Below, one piece after another: positions 26,100-40,363 of a stretch of DNA of 64,000 nucleotides. The stretch covers positions 12,588,001 through 12,652,000 of the forward strand of contig NC_086118.1 in NCBI RefSeq assembly GCF_963921235.1. Direction: 5' to 3'. The stretch comes from Mobula hypostoma. Its lineage: Eukaryota. The position numbers and the translations under genes are program-made. The notes beneath the pieces were generated by a model, which was not told the origin of the DNA, did no database searches, and saw only the letters and a list, made by a program, of their open reading frames with translations. The first letter of the stretch is position 1. Every line of letters begins with the position of its first letter.

Positions 26100-28490
26100 C
26101 ATAAGAGTATAATTAGGCCATGTGGCCCACTGAGCCTGCTCTGCCATTCAATCATGGCTGATCCATTTCTCCCCCTCCTCAGACCCACTCCCTGGCCATC
26201 TCCCTGTAGCCTTTGATGCCATGTCTAATCAAGAACCTATCAAGCTCTGCCTTAAATATACCAATCAGCCTGGCCTCCACAGCTTGTGGTAGTAAGTTCC
26301 ACAAATTCACCACCCTCTGGCTAAAGAAATTTCTCAATATCTTTGTTTTAACTGGATGCTCTTCTATCTTGAGGCTGTCCTCTCTTGTCCTATGCTCCCC
26401 CACCATGGGAAACATCCTTTCCACATCTACTCTTTCTAGGCCTTTCAACATTCAAAAGGTTTCAATGAGATCCCCCCTCATCCTTCTAAAGACCCAGAGC
26501 TATCAAACTTTCCTCGTATCATAACTCTTTCATTCCCGGAATCATCTTTGTGAACCTCCTCTGAACCCTCTGCAATGCCAGTACATCTTTTCTGAGACGA
26601 AGACCCCCAAACTGTTCAAAATACTCAAGGTGAGGCCTCACCAATGCCTTATAAAGCCTCAGCATCACATCACTGCTCTTGTATTCTAGACCTCTTGAAA
26701 ACAATGCTAACATTGCATTTGCCTTCCTCACCACTGAATCAGCCTGCAAGTTAACTTTCATGTTGTACTGCCCAAGTACTCCCAAGTCCCGTTGCACCTT
26801 AGATATTTGGATTTTGTCCCTTTTTAGAAAATAGTCTGCACATATATTTCTGCTACCAAAGTGCATGACCATGCATTTTGCAACATTGTATTTCATTTGC
26901 CACTTTCTTGCCCATTTTACTAATCTATCTAAGTCCTTCTGCAGCCTACCTGTTTCCTCAGCACTACCTGCCCCTACGGCAATCTTTGTATCATCTCTAA
27001 ACTTACCAACAGAGCCATCTATTCCATCATTTAATTCATTGATATACAGCATAAAAAGAAGCCCCACCCCTGTGGAACACCACTAGTCACTGGCAGCCTA
27101 CCAGAAAAGGATCCTCTTATTCCCACTTGCTGCCTCCTACCAATCAACCAATACTCTAACCATGCCAGTAACTTTCCTGTAATACCATGGGCCCTTAACT
27201 TGGTAAGCAGCCTCATGCGTGGCACCTTGTCAAAGGCCTTCTGAAAGTCCAAATATACAACATCCATTACATCCCCTTTGTCTATCCTACATGTAATCTC
27301 CTTAAAGAATTCCAGCAGGTTTGTTTGGCAGGATTTTCCCTGAAGGAAACCACGCAGACATTGTACTATCTTGTCCAGTGTCAGCAAGTACTCCATAACC
27401 ACATCCTTAACAATTGACCCCAACATCTTCCCAAACACTGAGGTCAGACTAACTGGTTTATAATTTCCTTTCTGCTGCCTTCCTCCCTTTTTAAAGAATG
27501 GAGTGACATTTGCAAATTTTCAGTCCTCTGGCACCATGCCAGAGTCCAATAATTTTTGATATATCATTACTAATACCTCCACAATCTCTACCACTACCTC
27601 TTTCATAACCCTAGTGTGTAGTTCAACTGGTCTGGCTGATGTATGTACCCTTAGGTCTTTCTGCTTTTTAAGCACCTTCTCCCTTGTAATAGTACTGCAT
27701 TCACTTCCCTTCCCTTACACGCTTCAACATCTGGCAGATTGCTTGTGTATTCCACAGTGAAGACTGATGCAAAATTCTCATTTAGCTCATCAGCCATCTC
27801 CTTGTTCCTCATTTTATTTGTCTGGCTTCATTTTCTAGCAGTCCTACATCCACTCTCATCTCCCTTTTTATTTTTAATATACTCGAGAAAGCTTTTACTA
27901 TCTACTTTGATATTGTTTGCTAGCTTGCTTTTATATTTTATCTTTTCCCTCTTGATGATTCTTTTAGTTGCTCTCTGTAGGCTTTTAAAAACTTCCCAAT
28001 CCTCTGTCTTCCTGCTAATTTTTGCTTTGTTGTATGCCCTCTCTTTTGCTTTTACAGTAGCTTTGACTTCCCTTGTCAACCACAGTTGTACTATTTTGCC
28101 ATTTGAGTATTTATTTGTTTTTAGAATTCATCCATCCTGGCCCTTTTTCATTTCCCCCAGAAACTCAAGCCATTGCTGCTCTGCTGACAGCCCTGCCAGC
28201 ATCTCCATCCAATGTACTTTGGCCAACTCCTCTCTCATGCCATTGTAATTTTCTTTACTCCATTGAAATACTGCTATGTCAGACTTCACTTTCTCCACAT
28301 CAGATTTCGAGTTGAACTCAATCATATTGTGATCATTGCTTCCAGAGGGTTCTTCTTCCTCGAGCTCACTAATCGTCTCCAGTTCATTACATAACACCCA
28401 ATCCAGTGTAGCTGATCCCCTAGTAGGGTCAATGACAAACTGCTCTAAAAAGCCATCTTGTAGGCATTCAAAAAACTCACTCTCGTGAGA
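26100..28490 (-). mobile_element. Decayed CR1 LINE ORF2 and 3' UTR
   Basis: YLDFQKAFDKV, KFRDDTK, LVRPHLEY, GSNDHNMI across frameshifted ORFs. Confidence 0.92.
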
Positions 28491-28499
28491 TTCATTTCT

Positions 28500-28707
28500 T
28501 CTGTTAAGGAAAGTTATTGTTATTCCTCTCCGCACCTTGTGGCACATTGAGCTGCACTTCTTTAGCATATGTCTGCTTTTTACAAGGCCAATTGCTAGGT
28601 TGATGCTCAACCCAACCCAGATGGAGAGCATGCAAGGAGCCAGTTGGATTCGAACCCAGAACCACTCTCCTCAAAGTCCAGTGCAGATGCCACTACACCA
28701 CCAGCCA
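28500..28707 (-). mobile_element. tRNA-headed SINE
   Basis: Reverse strand ggctggtggtgtagtggcatc (A box)...gggttcgaatcc (B box). Confidence 0.7.
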
Positions 28708-29829
28708 AAAGGAAAGTAGCGAATCTTCATTCAGCAACTTAGTCATTCATTTTACCACTACAGGAGGACTTCTTCTCTGATGCCTGTTCTGTTCCACCCT
28801 TCGTTAGGCTATGATTTTGATTTTATATTTATGAATAACTTTAATGTTTCCTTTTACATTCTACACTAGTTATTCTCCATATCAAGGTAATTTGAACTTT
28901 GAGCTTTGATTTTCTTATTACCCTTCTCAGGTTTTCTTACTACCTCTCTGCAAATAATTTACTCTTGCATTATCAATCTCATATGCATTTTGCTTTTACT
29001 TCATGTTATCCCTGCACCATGAATCATCCAGGGAATTCCAGCCTGGATGTCCTTGTTATTCTGATGGTCAGTTTTGAGGCAGCTACATGTAGCCAGATGC
29101 AGATTCAAGTCAACGAAAGGAGTTTTCCAATTCAGGATTTTATGTTTTTTTTTGCCAATGCACTTCTAAACCTAAGGATACTAGGATGCATAGTTTTGAA
29201 TCCAATTTTGTTCACCCAACTTCTTATCAAGAACTTGATCTTATGCAGCTTTCTTCTTTACTAGGCCTAAATGTTACACTGTAAATATCGCAGCATTTTT
29301 TTTCTCATTGTCCTTTCTCACTGCCAAATTAACCCAGTGCACAAGCTAATGACGAGAATTCCCCATTATCACTGTTCTATACTGCTTATATCTTTTTGAG
29401 ATTTCCCTATAATTTCAAACATTCTATCTCACTCCCACAGCTTCTCTGGACCTTCACAAAATATGCAGCAAATAGGCAGGAAAACTTTGGTTCGAGTCAT
29501 TCCCAGAACAAAAATGCCTGCTGACACAATGGTCATTTATTATTTGTTTTCAAGATAACTGCTGGTGTATTTATTATTTCAGTAATATTTGAGTACTATT
29601 GTAATTATATTGTTTGATTAACCATTCTTTGTTTACACAATTTATTATCTGTTATATATAAGTATGTCAATGGCACACATCACCACATCGTATGTGAGTG
29701 CTTCATTAAAGTGAAAACAAAGTAGGCCTGTTTTCTCAGGCTCCCATGTATTTCCTTTGATTAATGCCTGGAGTTACATAACGTAACAGTAATGACAAGT
29801 AAGTTTTAAAATGAATCCTAGATGACTAT

Positions 29830-30687
29830 TGTTACGAGAATACACATAAAATTAAGATGTTTGCTGGCCTGGGCTAGCATCAGTGGCATCAGCAGTTGGT
29901 CTGCCACCTGCCCTCAGGGGAAGGAGAGATAAGGAACAATGGAGCAGCGTCTGGAGATGTGTAATGAAGGAACGGGAGAGAGAGAGCTGTCTGGAGCGGC
30001 TCCCCCTTTGAACCTTGAACTGTTTGAAGTGATGGACAGGCGATACCCCAGCAGGGGGATAAAAAGCGACAGGTTCGCTAAGGCAGGACACACGCCACCC
30101 GAGGTAACGAGACCCTGGAAGCGGTGCGCCTCTCACGAGTGGGTGAGAAGTGCCAGACAACGACAAGGGTGGAAAGGTACGATCAGCGGGAACCCGGTGT
30201 GTGTCCGCCCTTGCCTGGGTGCCGGGTTCACTGCAGAGGATCGACCGCATCTGGAGGAGGGGTCACAGTCGGTGACCTCAGGTGACATCACCAAGGACCC
30301 GCCCAAATGCTGTTTGTGAGCCATCTCGCTGGTCTGTGAGTGAAGCCGTTCTGAATGATCAGTTGGTCCTATTCTATGTCTCTCTTCCCCCACCTTGTCC
30401 ATCGCCATGGCAACGATTACTGCGAACTGAACTACTAACTGGACTGAACTTTGAGTCATTTTTGAAATTGGTCATTTACCCCTAGACAACGATAGAGCTT
30501 GATTGATGCTGTTATCTTAATTCTGTGCACATGTGTGGTTATCATTGTTGAACTGTTGCATTTATTATCCTTTCGATTACTGTGTTGCTTGTTTCTTTAA
30601 TAAAACTTTCTTAGTTCTAGTGCTCCAGACTCCAACTGAGTGATCCATTTCTGCTGGTTTGGCAACCCAGTTACGGGGTACGTAACA
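29830..30687 (+). mobile_element. 858-bp solo LTR
   Basis: TGTTACG...CGTAACA ends; 4-bp TSD ctat (29826-29829, 30688-30691); aataaa at about 30599. Confidence 0.92.
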
Positions 30688-30929
30688 CTATCTACCTGCT
30701 AAAGTGAAGCATGCTTTTTCTTCTCAAGGAGAGAAAGACATTTGAGTTTTTAAAAAAGTGCAGCATGTGCTTCCTTAGAAGGGAACAGAGTTTGTCAAGT
30801 TTTAAAAAAGGTAGAAAATTAATGAAATTCACAGCTTCATAAACAGTGAGTGAGTACTGGATGATGATAATAAAATAAGCAGAAACGGCTGGCTACACTG
30901 GAAAGATAGACATGTTCTATTGCATAGCA

Positions 30930-31092
30930 CAGTGGTCCCCAACCTCCGGGCCGCGAAGAATGCAGCGGTAGCCAGAATGCACCCAGCACATTTTTAAGAA
31001 AAAAGCCGAAATAAACAAGCTAATTAATTAGGTGCCGCCCGGCACGTAAATGTCGGCCCAGATCAGAGGCGATTGCTGATTGCCGATTGCGA
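30930..31092. mobile_element. One end of a hAT-type MITE inside the Gypsy gag region
   Basis: Starts cagtggtccccaacctccgggccgcg; partner TIR not found. Confidence 0.6.
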
Positions 31093-33547
31093 CAAGAAAA
31101 ATTCAAAAATAATTCCTAACTGAAACACACTCATGTTTAAAAGAGCAGTTGAAATTGCTATGTCAATAGAAACAGCAGCCAGAGATGCAATAGAGTTGCA
31201 GTCAGGAATAAAAGACAGCATGAATGAAATTGCAATGTCTAAACAAAAACCTGTCTGGCCAAATAAATTATATAACTATTGTGGCATGGGCTCACATGCA
31301 TCAAAACAATGCAGAGTTAAAGGCGAAACTTACAAAAAATGCAAAAAAGTAGGACATATACAAAGAGCATGTCAAGTCAGACAAAAATAAATTGATTGCA
31401 CAGGTAAGATTAAAAAGTCAAGTTGCAGTTCCAAAAGAATACTAATCTACATGCCTTTGATGAAAAATCTGATAATGAGAGTGACACAGGACTGGGTAGC
31501 CTTGGGATTTATAACGTGAACACAAGCAATACGGTTTATACAAGAAGTGAACAGAAAAATTAATTAAAATGTAATTAGAAACTGGTTCAGCTGTTTCAAT
31601 CATAACACAAAATGAGTTTGAATGGCATTTCAAAGATAATGAACTGAAGCCTGCAGATATCCAACTAAGATCTCACAATGGAGAAAATATATTTCCTGTG
31701 GGAATGACATCTGTAACAGTGAAATACAACAACAAACAAACCATATTGGGCTTGTATGTGGTAAAAACAGAAGGGCCAGTATTGTGGGGGCATGATTGGC
31801 TGATTGCAGATCCATCTCCCATTTGATGTCACATCCCTTGCAAGAGAGTCAACTAAAAGTGAATTTAGAACGGCACTGGATGATGCCACGGCAGTGTTCA
31901 AGAATGGAAAATTCAAATATATGAAGGATAAAATGGTGTTAACTGAAAATGCCACACCCAAGTTTCACAAAATCAGTCTGGTTCCTTATACCATCTGTGA
32001 TAAAGTTACCAGTGAGATAGATATCATGGAGGCTGAAGGAACTCTTTCCAAGTTTGAGTGGACCCCCTGGGCAACGCCATTGGTCCCCATAACCATGAAA
32101 ATGGGTCTGTGAGGATCTGTGGTGTTTTAAGGTCACCATCAATCCAGTACTGAAGGTAGTTCAATACCCTCTGCCCAGGATAGAAGATACTGGTGTAAAC
32201 CTTTCTGGAGGTAAACACTTCAGCGAAGTGGACTTAGCTAAGGCGTATCTACAGATGATAAAGGAAGAAGAATCCAAAGTGTTTCTCAGCATAAACACTC
32301 ACAAAGGTTTCTATTGCTATAATAGGCTTATAGTAGCATCTGCACCTGCACTCTGGCAGTAATCTATTTACCAGGTGCTGCGAGGCTGTCCAGGAAATCT
32401 TTCTTACATGGAAGACATTAGTCATAGTCATAGTCATACATTATTGTTACCATTGAGGTTGACAAAGAACATCTCCAGAAATCTCCAGACAGTGTTAAAA
32501 TGATTAAACGATTAAGGACTCAGAGCACTATGAGACAAGTGTGATTTCTTTAATCCGAGCATCACTTGCTGTGGTCACACCATTGATGTACCAAGATTTA
32601 CTCAAGTTTGCACAGTAAATTCAAACATTGGTGGATGCCCCAGGCCAAAGGACATTTAACAGTTGTGGTCCTTTTTAGGTTTGTCAATTACTATAACTGC
32701 TATCTGCCAAACCTAGCTACTGTGCTCCACCCCTTGAACTCATCAATACAGATGAGGAAGAAATGGCAATGGACAAAACAATGTTTGGTGGCTTTCTAAA
32801 AGGCAACGAAAATGGTGACGTCGGATAGTGTATAGTGCTTATGCAGATAGTGCATAAGCATCTGGGGATAGAGATCCCAGACACTCAAAATTACTGCTGT
32901 GAGAGTTGGACACCTGAGTACATAAATATCCCAACTGTTGATTGATCACCATACCTGTGACCATGTTTGGTGTGCTAAGTGACAAAATTAATCTGGTCTG
33001 CAAGATTCCTTGAATTCAATCACAATGGTGCAGATAAATTTGCCAGCGTTGCCTGGTTTGATGCAGTCCAATTAACATTACCCCATTGTCTTTCATTGAT
33101 ATAACATGGGCCTGCAAAACCTCACCTGACAAGACACTGAGCAAGGAACGTTGGTTAGAAGTTTACTTTTGTTGCAAACAACTTTGACCCTTTGGACAGG
33201 TCATGCAACAGTGTTAGAAAACTGACATTAGCAATATTCCTCTGGGGTCCTGAAATGTGAAGATCTATCACATCTAGTATTTCAGACTCAGGAACTTTAC
33301 TGAAGTTACTTCATGGTGTGTTTTCCTTGGACTGTTTTCCAATGGAATTAAAGAAATAAGTCTTAACAGGCTTCTGCTTTGTTTCAGTGCAGTTTTGTAT
33401 TTACTGGACTCCAAAAATGAAATGAATATGTGAAATTATTCAACACTCATTTGGGTGATTAATCATATAATAATATATTGACTATAATAATGATGAAATA
33501 AAGCACAAATTTGCAAAGGAGTGGCCTCTGATTTTTAAACAGACGAG

Positions 33548-33865
33548 GAGGGAGCTCTGTGATGCAACTAGTTCAGCGAGTGTTTCACAGCTCCAACGAC
33601 CTGGGCTTGGGGTCAATCCTCATTCGGATGCTGTCTGTGTGGAGTCTGCATTTTCATTTTGTGACCTTGTGGGTTTCCCCTGGGTGCTCTTACTTCTTCA
33701 CACATCCCAAAAATATGCAAGTTAGTAGTTCAATTGACCACTGTAAATTGCATCTTGTGTGTCGGTGAGTCGTGTGATTTGTGGAGTTGATGGCAATGTG
33801 AGGAGAATAAAATAAGTTAAAGTGCAAATGGGTGCCTGATTTTCAGCATCAAATATGATGGGCTA
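33548..33865 (+). mobile_element. V-SINE/HE1-like SINE, decayed
   Basis: V-domain gtgtggagtctgca...gtgaccttgtgggtttcccctgggtgctc; similar copies near 14340-14560, 25400-25630 (-), 53510-53810, 58095-58315. Confidence 0.7.
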
Positions 33866-35597
33866 TGCCATCTCACCTCAGGAAGTTGTAGTGCTCTATA
33901 TCAACATACAGATGGCTGAGTAGTTACTTAAAGGTGAGTTTTTCTTGGACTAATTTATGATGGGATAAAAGAAAGAAATGTTAACATTTACAGACAATCT
34001 TTCTTGACCATCATCTGAAAGCACCTGTCAGCCAATGAATTCTTTGAAGTGCACTTTAGTAATATTATTCTGCAAAATCTTGCGAATAGTGATGATGTAA
34101 TGACAAGATCTTTGATCTTCTTTAAACGCAGGGTCAAGTAACAACAAGGGAGAGTGAAGTGCTATTGATAAGTGTAATAAACCCCCTTTTATAAAATTGA
34201 CAATGAAATACCTATTCAGAAAGATACATAGACGAGCTGACTCATTCCTGCTTGCCATAAAATCAAAGCATATACACCCACTTATCATGAGTTGCACTTA
34301 TAGTACATCTGCCGTTGTGGCACTCTAGCTTGGAATCTATGCAAGTGTAAGAGTTATTTTTAGCTACATACTGTAGACAGGCAGAAATAGTACAAATATT
34401 CATCAAGTGTATGGATGTTATTCTTCTTTTCTGCAATAATTAGACACAAGGTGGAACTGTCGATCTCATGAGCAATGGCACTAGTAGCACCATTTATAAT
34501 CATTGTTGAAAAATAACTTATGCTATCAAAATGGTAGCAAAATATTTAAAAAATGTAGATTTAGCTTTAAAATCTTTCTTTTTTGTTAAGCCTTTGAATA
34601 TAATTATTATCTATAACTGAAATGCTTCCTTTCTTACAAATTTAATTTCCATAAAATTAATGATGAGAAATTTATGAGGTAAATTTAGTCTTTAAATAAA
34701 ACTTTAAGCAAGACTGGGCTCCAATTTTATCTCCACATACTAAGTTCACTCGTAGCCAACATCACTGTACTCAAACTTACAAAATTATTTTTGAGTTTGT
34801 GCTTTAAGATGATATAGTAATATATCAACCGTCACCCATCTTTTTAGAATTTATTTCCTAATGATATTTATATATAGTGCTATTAGCAGCAACAATTTGA
34901 ATGTTTGTCGCTGTTTAATATTCGTTTTAAGCTATTTATAAAAAAAATCCTATTTTGTTTCCTTTGCTTTTCTGTTCACTAACTCTAGATGTGATAAAAC
35001 CACTTTACGTGAAAAGCCATTCTTCACACTTAAGTAGAGATAATGTTAGTGCATAGTTAGTGCATTTGACTGTGAAATGTTTCATAGCTAAACACATTCC
35101 TACGCTTAGTAATAGCTACACACATGCGCTCCTAGTAAAACTTCATTAAAAGCTTGAAGACAGAAGTGACTGCAGGTATTGGAATCTAAATAAAAAACAG
35201 AGCACTGGAAAAACTCAGTGTTCAACCACCATCTGCTGAGGCAAAAAGTGTAAGTGGTCATTTCTGGTTGAGACCGTGCAGTAGAACTGAGGTGGAACAG
35301 GAAATATTGCCAGTATTTAGCAGTATGCAACACCCTATGTGCTGCTGTATATAGTCAAACTCTCCTGTTCCTTTTCAATACTGAAGCAGCGTCTTCACCC
35401 ATGAAAATCATCTTGCACCTTTTCTCATTACTGGAAGCTTGCTCCCGTTCAATACCCTGATAGTCCTTTCCGTCCAAGCTGACAGAACATCAAGGTAATC
35501 AAACTTAGGAGCTTCCCAAACAACAGAAGAAACTGTATTTAATCATTAAGAATAGTTTTAAAAAAGATTGTAGCTGTCCAAATAGATTGCAGATCAC

Positions 35598-36121
35598 ACT
35601 CAGCAGCCACTTTATTAGGTACACCTGTGCATTAAGGCAAATATGTAATCAGCCAATCATGTGGCAGTAACTCAATGCATAAAAGCATGCAGACATGGTC
35701 AAGAGGCCCAGTTATTGTTCAGTCTAAATATCAGAATATGGAAGCAATGGCTGTAAATGACTTTAACCATGTTGGTGCAGGTTTGAGTATCACAGAAACA
35801 ACTGATCTTCTGGGGTTCTCACACACAACTGTCTCTGGAATGAACGGTGCGAAAAAAAGAGGGAAAGTAAACTTCCGGTGACCAGCATTCAGTGGGTGAA
35901 AATGCTCTGTAAATGAGAGAGGTTCGTGGAGAATGGCCAGACTGGTTCAAGTTGTCAGGAAGGTGGCAGTAACTCATGTAACCATGTGTTATATCGGTGA
36001 TGTACCGAATAACATCTCTGAAGAGCAGATTGTACCTTGAAGTGGTTGCACTGGAGCAGCAGAACACCATGAACATTGACTCAGAGGCCACTTTATTGGG
36101 TTTGGGAGTGACTACTGAGTG
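35598..36121 (+). mobile_element. Non-autonomous Tc1-like element with HTH remnant
   Basis: Ends actcagcagccactttattagg / gactactgagt; GAGLSITETTDLLGFSHTTVS; partial relative at about 25673-25790. Confidence 0.6.
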
Positions 36122-36231
36122 AATAAAGTGAAAACACTGCTTCAATATTGAATATATTCATACAATTTGATGTTGACAGTACTATCAAATAAAATTTCTT
36201 TTTAGTGGTTTATAACATTGAATGGTATTGG

Positions 36232-37548
36232 TGGGACTGGAAAAAAAAAGCTGAGGAGTAGACTTAAAAAATGGGGAGGGGAGAGAGAAACACAAGGTGA
36301 GAGGTGAAACCTGAAGGGGGAAGGATGAAGTAAAGAGCTGGGAAGTTGACATGGAAGAAGGAAAAGGGTGGAGGAGCACCAGAGGGAGGGAATGGGTGGG
36401 CAAGGAGATAGGGTGAGAGAGGGAAAGTGGGATGGGAAATGGTGCATGAGAGGGGGGTATGGTGGTGTTACCGGAAGTTTGAGAAATCTATGTTCATGCT
36501 ATCCAAACGGAATATAAGGTGTTGTTCTTCCAACCTAAGTGTGGCCTCATCATGACAGTGGAGGAGTCCACGGATGGACATATCGGAATGGGAGTAGGAA
36601 GTGGAATTAGAATGAGTGGCCACTGGGAGATTACATTTGTTCTGGAGGACGGAGCGTAGATGCCCGGTGAAGTGGTCTCCCAACCTATGTTGGGTCTCAC
36701 CGATATACAGGAAGCCACACTGGGAGCACTGAATACAGTATATGACTCAAACTTACTAACAGGTGAGGAGTCGCATCACTTGGAAGGACTGTTTAGGGCC
36801 CTGAGTGATAGTGAGGGAGGAGATGTAACACTTGTTCCGCTTGCAAGGATAAGTGCCGGGACAAAGATCAGTGGGGAGGGATGAATGGACAAAGGAGTTG
36901 TGTAGAGAGTGATCCCAGCGGAAAGGAGAAAGTGGGGGGGAGGGAAAGATGTGCTTGGTGGTGGGATCCTGTTGGAGATGGCGGAAGTTTCGGAGAATTA
37001 TGTGTTGGACATGGAGGCTGGTGTAATGGTAGGTCAAGAGAAAAGAAACTCTGTCCCTGGTAGGGTGGCAGGAGGATGGGGTAGGAGCAGACATATGTGA
37101 AATGGAAGAGATGTAGCTGAGGGCAGCCTTGATGGTGGAGGAAGGGAACCACCTTTATTTGAAAAAGGAGGACATCTCCTTCATTCTAGAATGAAAAGCC
37201 TCATCGTGAGAGCAGATGCAGTGGAAATGGAGAAATTGAGAGAAGAGGATGGTATTTTTACAAGTAACAAGGCGGGAAGATGTATAGTCCAGGTTGCCGT
37301 GAGAGTCTGTGGGTTCATAATAGACATCAGTGGATAAGCTGTCTCCAGAAATAGAGACAGTGAGATCAAGAAAGGGGAAGGTGGTGTCGGAAATAGACCA
37401 GATAAATTTGAGGGTAGGGTGGAAGGTAGAGGCGAAGTGGATGAAGTCGACAGATTCAGCTTGGGTGCAGGAAGCAGCACCAATGCAGTCATCAATGTAG
37501 TTTAGGAAAAGTGCAGGAAGGTCTCCAGTGTAGGCTTGGAACAACAAC
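36232..37548 (-). mobile_element. Older Penelope element fragment (RT C-half and GIY-YIG)
   Basis: YIDDCIGAASC, VYYEPTDSH, RLEEQHLIFRL...MNIDFSNFR; homologous to 62192-63304. Confidence 0.92.
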
Positions 37549-37786
37549 CGAAGCTGTGAGAGGGTGAAAATGAACTGGTAAGTTAAAGAATGAGGGGGTG
37601 GGGGGTGGGTAGAGAGACAGAGAAAGAGGGTGGAAGTGGAAGAGCCAAGAGGTGAATTGGAGTGAGGTGGAGTGGGACTCTGAGAGTGGAAGGGATGATG
37701 TGGAGTGGGAGGGCCCACGAACATGTATGAGAGGTGGAATGATAGTCTGGGAGTGGCAGATTGGGAACCGGAAAGTGAGAGGCAGG

Positions 37787-38344
37787 GACCCTGGTCAGAC
37801 CCCACTTGGAGTACTGAATTCCGGTCACCTCATTACAGGAAGAATGTGGAAACCATAGAAAGGGTGCAGAGGAGATTTACAAGGATGTTGCCTGGATTTA
37901 GGAGCATGCCTTATGAGAATTGGTTTAGTGAACTCGGACTTTTCTCCTTGGAGTGACAGAGGATGAGAGGTGACCTGATAGAGGTGTACAAGATGATGAG
38001 AGGCATTGATCATGTGGATAGTCAGAGGCTTTTTCCCAGGGCTGAAATGGCTAGCATGAGAGGGTATAGTTTTAAGGTACTTGGAAGTAGGTACAGAGGA
38101 AATATTAGGGGTAGGTTTTTTATGCAGAGTGGTGAGTGTGTGAAATGGGCTGCTGGCTGCGGTGCTGGAGGCGGAAATGATAGGGTCTTTTAAGAGACTC
38201 CTGGATAGATACATAGAGCTTAGAAAAATAGAGGACTATGGGTATCCCTAGGTAATTTCTAAGGTAAGGACATGTTCGGCACAGCTTTGTGGGCTGTAGG
38301 GCCTGTATTGTGCTGCAGGTTTTCTATCTATCTCTATGTTTCTA
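37787..38344 (+). mobile_element. CR1 LINE 3' fragment
   Basis: ERVQRRFTRMLPG, MRGDLIEVYK; ctatgtttcta tail. Confidence 0.85.
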
Positions 38345-40275
38345 ACTCTGGGAGCAGGAAGTCTGGGGATAAGAGCAAAGAGAGATTGGTAATGGTAGGA
38401 CAGAGAACCCCAGAGTACATTTTCCAATTGCATGCAGGATGGAGTGAGAGAACGGCGGTAGAAAGTGAGAGAATCTGGGAGAAGAAAGTTTTGGAATTAA
38501 GCAGTAAGAGGGCAGGGAGCCCAGGAGAGGTAGGCAAGAAGGACTGGGAGAACAAAGGGAGGTTAGGAACAGTCGGGTAGGGAGTGTGAAAGTGAGCTGG
38601 ATAGGAGATTGTGAGTAGGAGTGAGAGGGAGGCAGGAGTAGGAGAAGGGTCAAGAGTAGGAGCGAGGAGGAGGCCAGGAATGGGAATGTCGAGAGGACAA
38701 TAATGGGAAGGGAGGTTGTCTGGAAATGGAAGTGAGGGAGGGAGGCCAGGAATGGGAATGGAGAGCAGTGGGATACACCCAGTATTCCAGAATGTAGGGT
38801 TTTTCAAGCATTGAACGACGTTAGGTTTTTTCCAAATTCTGATATGAATCATGTCAGCTCAAAAATCAACACGATAAACTGAGGCTGGTTAATCCCAGTA
38901 GGCCAAAGTGCCCCTTGTACCAGGGAACTGGATTCGATACACGCACTCTAATTTTCAAACTTCAAACATCTGTGGGTGAAAGGCTGTATTGCAGTAGATG
39001 TCAAAATGTTAAAATGCTTTCTCTGCTTACAGAATTACCAGTCCTATCTCTGCAAGTGAATTGCATTTTTCTGCAGAGAATTGTCTTTATTTTTCCCACT
39101 TTGATGAAATGTTAAGTATTCTGCAGTTTGTTAACACACTGTGTCCCAGTGCACTTCCAATGTGTCTCCACTCCTGGACATTGTAGGCCCACTATCAATT
39201 TCAAGTTCAAATTTAATTGTTATTCAACCATAGACATGAATACAGACATACGAAATAGTATTCCCCTGGGTCCAAGGTGCAAACCACAGTACCAATAGTC
39301 ACACATAGAACACAGCACATATAGCACATATAATGTACAATTACAAAAAATACTAAAAAATATAGTGCAAGTCCCTGAGGGTCATGTCTACAGATTGATG
39401 GTACATGAATGTTGTCATGAAGCCATGTTCCTGCAAGAACAAGCCTGCAGCAATTCCTAATCTCACACAAGTGCAATCAGAGACAAGTGAATGCTAGAGG
39501 GCAGCACTGACACGAGGGACCAACGGCCAGCACAGCCTGGAATCCAGCGGCATACAACCAGCTCTGGTGGCTGCAATAGGTGACCCCAAGGCATAAGGCA
39601 TTAGCAGTACAGCAGGGTCTTGTGATCAAAATAAGAACCACCTGATGGACCGTGCACCACTTCTGATGCATTCTTTCATGGGTGGCTGAAGCAGACTGCA
39701 ACCCGGCGTGCAACAAATCTATCTCCTCCGCTATCAAGCAAATAGCTGATGGGGTAGACCTGCAGCTGATTTTCTGGTTATATGGCGGTGTGCCCAGTCA
39801 CAGCATCCTCTCTCGGTCAAACAAAGATGTCATCGTTCCTTCTTTGTCTTTTTTACCAACACTAGATACTGTTGGATATTAAAGTTGAACTTGAACTTAA
39901 GCTTCTTGGAATAATTTTTGCAGTTTTTGAAAGGGGAGATAGGAGGCTCTGAGATCTGGCATATACTTCATGGCCTGAATAACCTCATTCACCGTGGTAA
40001 CAAGAATCAAGTGCGAGTGAAAATTTGACTGCATGGGATTTGCAGTGAGTCTGGACATTTCCTTTGTTAACAGCTTTTCATTGGCATTGAACCAAGTGTT
40101 TCGGAAAATAAGCAGTAACAAAATTGAATTTTAAGGATATCTGTTCAAGATTAATGTCTATTCTGCTGTATTACCATACCGAGACCAGCAGAGGTACACT
40201 ATTGCACCCCACTGCCTTTATATGCATTCTCTACTTTCTAACTCCCTCATCTACTCAAATATAGTTGTCAAATTC

Positions 40276-40363
40276 CCTCTACACCTGGAGTTTCCAACCA
40301 GGAGTCCATGAACTCCTTGGTTAGTGGTTGGAGTCCATGACATAAAAAAGGTTCAGAACTCCT
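40276..40363. mobile_element. Very short decayed hAT-type MITE
   Basis: Imperfect terminal inverted repeats ggagtttccaacc / ggttcagaactcc. Confidence 0.45.

Larger units (their letters stand above)
29540..32830 (+). mobile_element. Decayed Gypsy LTR retrotransposon (5' LTR, gag, protease, RT), 3'-truncated
   Basis: LTR end cgtaaca at about 29788; twin zinc knuckles YCGMGSHASKQC / KCKKVGHIQRAC; protease LETGSAVSII; RT WATPLVP, YPLP, DLAKAYLQ, YMEDI. Confidence 0.85.

Noticed and set aside
33881..33938. Possible exon (ctcag acceptor, aag/gtgagt donor)
   Set aside because: Stop codons in all three frames; a non-coding exon cannot be supported without RNA data.
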